A stretch of 64,000 nucleotides of DNA. Origin: an uncultured Holophagales bacterium (GTDB lineage: Bacteria; Acidobacteriota; Thermoanaerobaculia; Multivoradales; UBA5704). Below are positions 57,087 to 64,000 of this stretch, piece after piece. The notes under the pieces were generated by a model. That model saw only the letters and a list, made by a program, of their open reading frames with translations. It ran no database searches and had not been told where the DNA came from. Position numbers and translations under genes: made by a program. Location of the stretch: positions 1,184,001-1,248,000 of the forward strand of contig CAWJGT010000003.1 in the NCBI GenBank assembly GCA_963842525.1, written 5' to 3'. Position 1 is the first letter of the stretch. Every line of letters begins with the position of its first letter.

Positions 57087-59153
57087 ATGGCTAGAGAGAA
57101 ACAAAACCCACGGTATGATGATCTTATCTCTAAGATAAAAAATAATCGTGCCGTTGCATTGCTCTTGGTTGTGGGACTAGCCATAAGCTCGCTGGCGTTG
57201 TTCATCGAAGCTTCTGCCAAGATATACAATCTGGTCGACAAGCTAATTCAGGTGCGTCCGGGCACGCCTCCCCTTACCTTGGTCATCGACGATAGCGCGC
57301 CAACTGGCATAACTGGCATTGATTGGTCAATCATCAATACTTCGGACAAGAACCTTGAACTGACATCTATAGTAGCTATTCAGCTTGTCAATGTAGACCT
57401 ATGCCGGGGCTGCCTTTTGAAGGACAGGATAAAGCTAGCCCTCAGGTTGGGTAGCCGCGTCAAAGGGGGACAATCGGTCGAAGGCAAGATGGAGTGGGGT
57501 CCTACGCGTATTTTTGGGGATGTTGGTGTGTATTATCTTACTCCTGGGGAGAGCGCCCCTTTCTCTCTCCAAATAGCTGCGCCAGGTAACGTCGGAAGCG
57601 TGTTTCACCTGAAGCTCTTAGCTAATGATCTTAAGCGCGGCGATCGAATAACTGTGATACCTCCTTATCTTTTTTATTATGTTGGACCTCCAGACTATCC
57701 CTCCGCATCCCTCCGAGCAATAACCTTCACTTCCTGGTTAACCGAGAGTGACTCCTATCTACGCTTAAACGCGGCTAGAGGCCTCGGCGTCCTTAAGGAT
57801 ACGAGAGGAGAAGAAGCTCTTATTAAAGCTTTACAGCGGGATACCGTTTCAAGTGTTCGGGCTGCTGCAGCTCAAAGCCTTTCTCGCTTTAAAAGCGAGA
57901 GGTCTTTTTCGGCTTTACTCAATACTCTATTGCGATTTCACGCTGCCCCTGGCTTCAATGAGTACCAGGAAGCGGAGGTAAGGCGGGCGGCAGCAGCGGC
58001 ACTCGGTGATCGACAAGACCGAAGAGCAGTGCCGTATCTCTTGGAGGCATGGAGAAGCGACCCTGGATTACTGGTTGCAAATACGGCGGTAGAATCAGTC
58101 GTAAAGCTTGATCCTCCTGGAGCCTATGAGACTCTTACGACAATCCTAGCAAATTATGACTCTCGAGCGCCCGAAGAACACCATAGCCGTGGATTCATAG
58201 TTTCCGCGATTGGACACTTATCCGATGATAGAGCTGCCGATGTTCTGATAGATCAATTGTTTTGCAGCGATCGCTCTTCGCAATCTGCCGCAGCTGACGC
58301 TTTGGGCAGTGAAAGTGTTAAGTGTGTTGAGGCACTTATGGCAGTGGCGAAACGAGGGCTCGATCCATGGTCTCGACAGAAGGCGATTCGTGCGCTGGGA
58401 GAGTTGCAGGCTGAACGTGCTCTCAACCTCCTTAGGATGATATCTTCTTCCGATACTGACGAAGACCTGCGGCGCACAGCTAAAGAGGCTATTCAAGACA
58501 TAAATGATGGCGTCGCCTCAAACGTTAAAAGAGATGACAATACTGGCTGTGGAGAGCACATTGAGCAAGTGGTGAGGGAAAGTCAACGTTTCCAAATCCG
58601 TTCTCAAATTGGTATACCAAAGTTGTCCCTCCGTCATACTTGCGACGATCCCGATCTAATGGAGACAGTCCAAATAATTGAAGCGCTTGGAGTTAGGGTT
58701 CAGCCAACGCAAGTCGCAACGGAAGAAGCCGCTATGTTTCCGGAAACTAATGGTGAGTTTACCTATCCGGAGCCACTGAGAGGAGAGGCCGAGAAGGTCC
58801 TTGCAGCAGTCCAAGGGAAATTTCGCGTGCCGATTCGCCTAGTTGAGTGGAGTGTCAGCACTATGAGGCTAACTTGGCACTGTAAGCCTGGCATTATAAT
58901 GTTCGCTAAACAGAAATCAGACCAATTAGACAAAGTAGTAGAGCACTTAAGAGATCGATCCTGGGCAATTTCATTGAGCTATAGCGAGAATTGGGGTGAC
59001 GAGCCCTTTATTCTTTCACAGAAGGATGACTTGTCTGCCAAGTTAGCCAGAGATCTTGAGCGATTCGGACGAGTTGAGGTGAGGCTCGCACCTAAGGGTT
59101 TGCTGCAAGCAGGCAACGTCCCGGTGCTTTACTGGGTGGACCGAACCAAATAG
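57087..59153 (+). CDS. Membrane-anchored HEAT-repeat (PBS-lyase-like) protein, low GC
   Basis: One N-terminal TM; LRLNAARGLG, VRAAAAQSLS, VRRAAAAALG, RQKAIRALG repeats. Confidence 0.8.
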   Translation: MAREKQNPRYDDLISKIKNNRAVALLLVVGLAISSLALFIEASAKIYNLVDKLIQVRPGTPPLTLVIDDSAPTGITGIDWSIINTSDKNLELTSIVAIQLVNVDLCRGCLLKDRIKLALRLGSRVKGGQSVEGKMEWGPTRIFGDVGVYYLTPGESAPFSLQIAAPGNVGSVFHLKLLANDLKRGDRITVIPPYLFYYVGPPDYPSASLRAITFTSWLTESDSYLRLNAARGLGVLKDTRGEEALIKALQRDTVSSVRAAAAQSLSRFKSERSFSALLNTLLRFHAAPGFNEYQEAEVRRAAAAALGDRQDRRAVPYLLEAWRSDPGLLVANTAVESVVKLDPPGAYETLTTILANYDSRAPEEHHSRGFIVSAIGHLSDDRAADVLIDQLFCSDRSSQSAAADALGSESVKCVEALMAVAKRGLDPWSRQKAIRALGELQAERALNLLRMISSSDTDEDLRRTAKEAIQDINDGVASNVKRDDNTGCGEHIEQVVRESQRFQIRSQIGIPKLSLRHTCDDPDLMETVQIIEALGVRVQPTQVATEEAAMFPETNGEFTYPEPLRGEAEKVLAAVQGKFRVPIRLVEWSVSTMRLTWHCKPGIIMFAKQKSDQLDKVVEHLRDRSWAISLSYSENWGDEPFILSQKDDLSAKLARDLERFGRVEVRLAPKGLLQAGNVPVLYWVDRTK

Positions 59154-59335
59154 GGTTCAGCCTAACTAATTAGCCGAGTGGCCGGGAGCCTCGTTGAGCC
59201 AGGCTGAGGCCCCAGGTGGCCAGAGGAGCCGATCGTGGTCCCGGAGGTTTCCTGCCAACCGGTAGATCCGTTGTAGAATAAAGAAAGGCGCGCAGTGGAA
59301 CCATAGCTATATACGCGAGCAGGAAACCTTGGTTC

Positions 59336-59397
59336 GGCCAACCAAGCGGCTCCAGCGGACGGCTGGCGCCGCGCGCTGAGCCGCCACAGCGTTGCTG
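59336..59397 (+). mobile_element. attC-like site
   Basis: GGCCAAC CAA GCGGCT C CAGCG ... CGCTG AGCCGC CACAGC GTTGCTG; R' slightly degenerate. Confidence 0.65.
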
Positions 59398-59907
59398 CCG
59401 GCAGAAGGTGCGAATCGCGGTACACGTTGCTACTTGGTGGAGGACAGAATGGCAGAGCGTAAGATTTTAAGCCATTTGGAGATTGCCTACTCCTCGATCC
59501 GTGTCTTTGCCGAGGATGGCAGGTCCCGCAATCCAAAGTAAGCGGGGAGGTCTGGAGACGAATCCAAGAAATAAGAAGATTGCACCACATTGAGGCCTAG
59601 GTCACACTGGCTTCTCCCCGAGCGTCACGACTATTGCGCCGTGATCGATCTCTCGGGACCGGGGCCGTCATGGCGATCGGCAAGGAAGGTCCTGGCTGCG
59701 GAACTGCTGCGGAGGTAGGGGCGGCAGTAAACCCGTGCCCTGCCAAATCTGCTGTCGCCCCTACCGGGGCTTGGAAATACTTTGTCTCCTTTTACCCGCG
59801 GTAAAGGCCCCGGAGGGGCCCACGGCATGTAGCCCGGGGTCAGACGCGACGAAGGAGCGGCGCCGTCTCTCTGGATCGCACTCGCGGTGAAATCCCGCCG
59901 TGAGTGC

Positions 59908-60879
59908 TCAACAGTACCCGATCCTCCGGTACCAATCCACCGCATCCCGCAGCGTCTCGCCGAGCGGCCGCGGCGCCGCGCCGAGCGCCGTCTGTAGCGG
60001 ATTCGGCGTCATCGGATAGCTCTCGTTGACCAGCAGCAGGCTCAGGGTAGGCCAGGGGGAGGGCCGGCCTGTCAGGGCACAGAAGGCTTCGGTCCACCAG
60101 GAGGCGGCGAGGCCGAGGCCGACGGGGGTGTGCAGGCGGGGTGGAGGCACGCCGCCGATCGCACAGAGGCGGGCTGTCAGCTCGTCGACGGTCAGGTTGT
60201 GGCCGCAGAGCGGAATGCGCTCGGCGAAACGCTCCTTTTCGACCGCGGAGACTAAGCCGGCCGCCACGTCTCGGACATCGACGGCGTTGAGGATGTGGCG
60301 GACCAGGGCGGCGACCTCGCCGGCGAGGAGCTGGGGGACCAGGCAGAGGTTGCGCGGTTTCAGGTCCCAGGGACCGAAGCAGGTGGTGGGGTTGACGACG
60401 ACCGCCGGCAGGCCCTGACGCGCGGCGGCCAGGACGAGGTTTTCGATCCTTTCCTTGACGGCGAAGTAGGGGTGGCGCCGTGCGAGGCCGGCCGCGATCG
60501 GGTCTCCTCCGGTCCGCGGGCGCGGCAGGGTGACGAACGAGCTCACGTAGGCGAGGCGGGCGTTGTGGTCCGCGACGGCGTCGAGAAGCTGGCGGGTGCG
60601 CTTCTCGGCGCGCTCCAGGAGGGTTGCGGGCGGCTCTTGGAAGAGGTGGAGGGGGTAGGGCGCGGCGGCGTCGACGACGAGGTCGTGTCCCGGGAGCCAG
60701 GCCCGGAGCTGCCCGGGCCGGTCGGCGTCGCCGCGGGCCGGGCGCACGGCGAGCCCTTCGAGGTTGGCCGGGGCCGCGGCGCGGCGGGTGACCGCGGTGA
60801 CCTCGTGGCCGCGGGCGAGGAGCTCCCGCACGACGGCGTTGCCCACGTGTCCGGTCGCACCCAGGACCAGGGCTCGCAT
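59908..60879 (-). CDS. NAD-dependent epimerase/dehydratase (HpnA-like extended SDR)
   Basis: VLGATGHVG, YFAVK (YxxxK), VVNPTTCFGP, VDVRDVA. Confidence 0.9.
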   Translation of the reverse strand: MRALVLGATGHVGNAVVRELLARGHEVTAVTRRAAAPANLEGLAVRPARGDADRPGQLRAWLPGHDLVVDAAAPYPLHLFQEPPATLLERAEKRTRQLLDAVADHNARLAYVSSFVTLPRPRTGGDPIAAGLARRHPYFAVKERIENLVLAAARQGLPAVVVNPTTCFGPWDLKPRNLCLVPQLLAGEVAALVRHILNAVDVRDVAAGLVSAVEKERFAERIPLCGHNLTVDELTARLCAIGGVPPPRLHTPVGLGLAASWWTEAFCALTGRPSPWPTLSLLLVNESYPMTPNPLQTALGAAPRPLGETLRDAVDWYRRIGYC

Positions 60880-60901
60880 CGGAGGTCTCGCGGGGGTGGG
60901 T

Positions 60902-63900
60902 CTACCGGCGCGCGAGCCCCGCGGCCTTGCGTCCGGTTTTGGGCGGCGACAGCTCGGCGAGCAGGGCGCGGGCGTCGCGCAGGTCGCGGACGTCGAGGTC
61001 GGCGAAGCGGCCGGCGGCTTCGGCGAGGAGCATGCGCGCTTCCGCGCCCTGTCCCTGGGCCTGGAGCAGCCGGCCGAGGCTGACCTCGGCGCGCAGCTCC
61101 AGGAGGCGCATGCCGCGGCGGCCGGCGATCTCGACCGCGCGGCGGAAGCAGGCTTCGGCCGCGGCCCCCTGGTGGCGGCGCGCCAGGGTCTCGCCCTTGA
61201 GCCGCAGGAGCTCGGCTTCGTAGAAGCTGTCCACGTTTTCCGCCGCCAGGGCGAGCGCCTCCTCGGCGGTCTCCTGCGCTTCGTCGAGCCGTCCGGCGGC
61301 CAGGAGCGCCTCGACCAGGTAGCCGAGCCAGTAGGTCAGCGGCAGTTTCTGCTCGATGGCGTGGAAGAAGGCAACGCCTTCGCGGATCTTCGCGATCCCC
61401 TCGTGCGGTTTGCCCTGGAGCGTCCGCACCCAGCCGTGGCCGATCTTGCCGAGAGCCAGCCAGAAGGGGAACCGGTACTCGCTCGACAGCGCCATGGCGC
61501 GCTCGGCCAGCTCGCCGGCCTTCTCGACGTCCCGCAGCTCGTGCTGGTGCATCATCGAGAAGACGAAGCAGCGGGCGAGCGACATCGGATCGGCGAGCTG
61601 CTCGGCGAGGTCGAGCGCCTTCTGTTCCCTCTCCACGGCCTCGTCGATGCGGCCCGAAAGGACGTGCAGCCACTCGACCTGGACGTTCGAGAAGATGCCG
61701 ACGTCGTCGCTGAAGCTCTGGATGAGGAGCTGGTGCTGGCCGGGATCGTAGCGCTCGAAGACGCGGTCGAAGTGGTCCCGCGAAGCCCGGAAGTCGCCCA
61801 GGTAGAAGGTCGTGATGCCGGCCGCGAAGTGGGCGGCGATCTCGAGGATCGGGTTGCCGGAGCTCTGGGCGTAGGCCAGGAGCTGGTCGGCGAATTCCAC
61901 GGTCGGCCCGCGGTAGCTGCGGGCGAGGTTGAACACCCAGAGCCCGTAGAGGACGGGGAAGAGCTCCGGCGGGTTGCCGAGGAGCGCACAGAGCTCGCGC
62001 GCTCGTGCGTACGCCTGTTCCACCTCCTCCGCGGCATAGCCCCTGGTGCCGATCAGGACGGCGCCCAGGGCCGAGCGCAGCGCCACCTCGCGGCGGATGC
62101 GGTCCTCGTGCTCGGGCAGGGTGAGGAGCAGCTCGATCGCCTTGCGGAAGTACTGGATTGCCTCCAGGTAGGCTGAGCGCTCGGTGGCGCGCTGGCCGGC
62201 GAGCTGGAGGTAGTGGACCGCCCGGTCCGGCATCCCGGCTTCCTCGAAATGGTAGGCCAGAAGCTCCGGCGCGATGTCGAGGGAGTCGAGGACGCGCTCC
62301 TCGACGAGCCGGGCGATCTGGAGATGGATGCGCCGGCGCTGGCTGCGGAGCAGCGACTGGTAGGCGGCGTCCTGGATGAGGGCGTGCTTGAACACGTAGA
62401 ACGGCGGATCGCCCCGGCGGTAAACCAGCTCGGCGGTCTCCAGGCGGCCGAGCTCGCGCTGCAGGGAGGTCTGGTCGAGCGGCGAGAGGGCGGCGAGGAT
62501 CTGGAAGGAGAAGCGCCGGCCCACGGTCGCGGCGAGCTGGGCGACCTCCTTGGCCGTCCCCAGGCGGTCGAGCCGGGCGGCGAGCGAGTCACGCAGGGTG
62601 GCCGGGATGCTCAACGGGCGCAGCGGCTCGGCGAGCTCCCAGCGGTCCCCTTGGTCGACGAGCACCCCCGATTCGAGGATGCTCTTGGTCATCTCTTCGA
62701 CGTACAGCGGGACACCGTCGGTCTTCTCGACGAGATGGCTCAGCACCTCGTCGGGCAGCGGCCTTCCGCCGGTCAGCCCGGCGACCATCTGCTCGATCTG
62801 CGGGGTCTCGAAGCGCTGCAGGGTCAGCCGGGTGAGGTGCGGGCGCTCCTTCCAGGGCAGGTCGAAGCTCGGGCCGGGTGGTGAGCAGCGCGAGGACCGG
62901 CGCCGACTCGACACGCTCGAGCGCGAGGTCCAGGAACTGGCGGGTCGAGGGATCGATCCAGTGGAGGTCCTCGATCACCAGGACGGCCGGTTTCTCCTGT
63001 CCCATCCGCACCAGGATGTCGCACAGGGCCTCGAGCGTCCTCTCCTTCTGGAGCTGCGGGGTGAGCTGCAGCGGCGGATACCGGCCGTCCAGGGGGAGCG
63101 AGAGGAAGGGCGCCAGCAGCGGCATGGTCTCGGCCAGGGGAAATTCGAGCCCGGCGAGGCCCGCCTCCAGCTTCTCCAGCCTCTGGTCAACAGAGTCCTC
63201 GCGCTGGAACCGCAGCCACTTCTGCGTCCCCTCGATCAGGGGATGGAGCGCGCTGTTCTGGGTGAAAGGCGAGCAGCGGCAGACCCACCAGGCGCCGGCC
63301 TCGGGGCTGACCATCTCGCGCAGGGTATGGACGAGCCGCGACTTGCCGATCCCCGCCTCGCCCGAGACGAGCACGACCTGGCCGCGCCATTGCGCGCAGG
63401 CTGCGAACCGCTCGAGCAGGGTGCCGAGCGGGCGCCTGCGGCCGACGAGCGGGCTCAAGCCCTGCCGGACGGCGTGCTCGAAGCGTCCCTGGATGCCGCT
63501 TTCGCCGAGCACGCGGTAGACCTCGACCGGCTGTGAAACCTCCTTGAGGCTCTGCGGCCCCAGAGGCTCCAGGGAGAAGAGGCCCTGCACCAGCTCGTGC
63601 GTGGCGGCGCTCATGACCACGTTGCCGGGCGCCGCGACCTCCTGCAGGCGCGCCGCCAGGTTGGGCGTCTGGCCGAGAGCCAGTTGCTCGCGCCGGCTCG
63701 TGCTGCCGATGATTCCGGTCACCACCGGGCCGGTGTGGATGCCCACGCGCACCGCCAGGCCGGTCCCGATCCGGCCGGCGACCCGGTCGGACAGCTCACC
63801 GAGGGCACCGACGATCTCCAGGCCCGCATGGACGGCCCGGCGAGCATCGTCCTCGTGTGCGGTGGGGTAGCCGAAGTAGACCAGGATGCCGTCGCCGAGG

Positions 63901-64000
63901 TATTGGGCGATGTGCCCGTCGTAGCGCTCGATCACCGCGCCCGCCGCGGCCTGGTAGTCGCGGATGACCTCGCGCAGCTCCTCCGGATCGAGGTTCCCCG
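60902..64000 (-). CDS. Adenylate/guanylate cyclase + AAA ATPase + TPR protein, 5' end outside window, frameshift near 62866
   Basis: YLGDGILVYFGYP, RVGIHTG, PNLAARLQ; GEAGIGKSRL, IEDLHWIDPST; GVPLYVEE, FKHALIQDAAY, LLELRA. Confidence 0.9.

Noticed and set aside
59400-59900. Short ORFs and REP-like GCCCCGGAGGGGC/AGCCCGGGG remnants after the last attC
   Set aside because: Too short and degenerate to support a call.
1-64000. tRNA or rRNA genes
   Set aside because: No cloverleaf or rRNA signatures recognised by eye; not computationally excluded.

Overview
High-GC bacterial window. The gene content (C-terminal PCRxxDTR...RANN domains, adenylate cyclase-AAA-TPR, toxin-first PIN pairs) suggests Acidobacteriota/Thermoanaerobaculia, which is an inference. 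About 45 genes are recognisable, and at least eight carry single-base frameshifts that look like long-read indels. The main feature is a ~16 kb minus-strand locus (23820-39797). It begins with a sigma-54 enhancer-binding protein lacking a sensor domain, followed by a canonical -24/-12 promoter and a tightly packed operon. The operon encodes a DUF3467-like protein, a 1084-aa modular protein with two papain-like cysteine protease domains, an S8 subtilase, a DMATS-like aromatic prenyltransferase candidate, a Trypco-like/IPT protein, four paralogues of one unknown helix+long-beta-hairpin family (A) and two paralogues of an unknown helical family (B). A short AxA(L/Q/F)(A/S/G) motif follows Pro/Ala linkers in all four family A proteins and between the modules of the 1084-aa protein. 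This suggests a protease-matured, possibly lipidated, assembly or toxin-delivery system that I cannot match to a named system. Other notable features: a segmental duplication scar (16-24 kb) holding a PIN toxin-antitoxin pair and a TPR-CHAT protease; a DUF4157 locus flanked by a duplicated gene end; an ArgR paralogue with a perfect ARG box on the divergent promoter of a small gene that is followed by a 20/21-bp repeat array; integrase-less attC cassettes (56-59.4 kb); and a TIR-flanked MITE.
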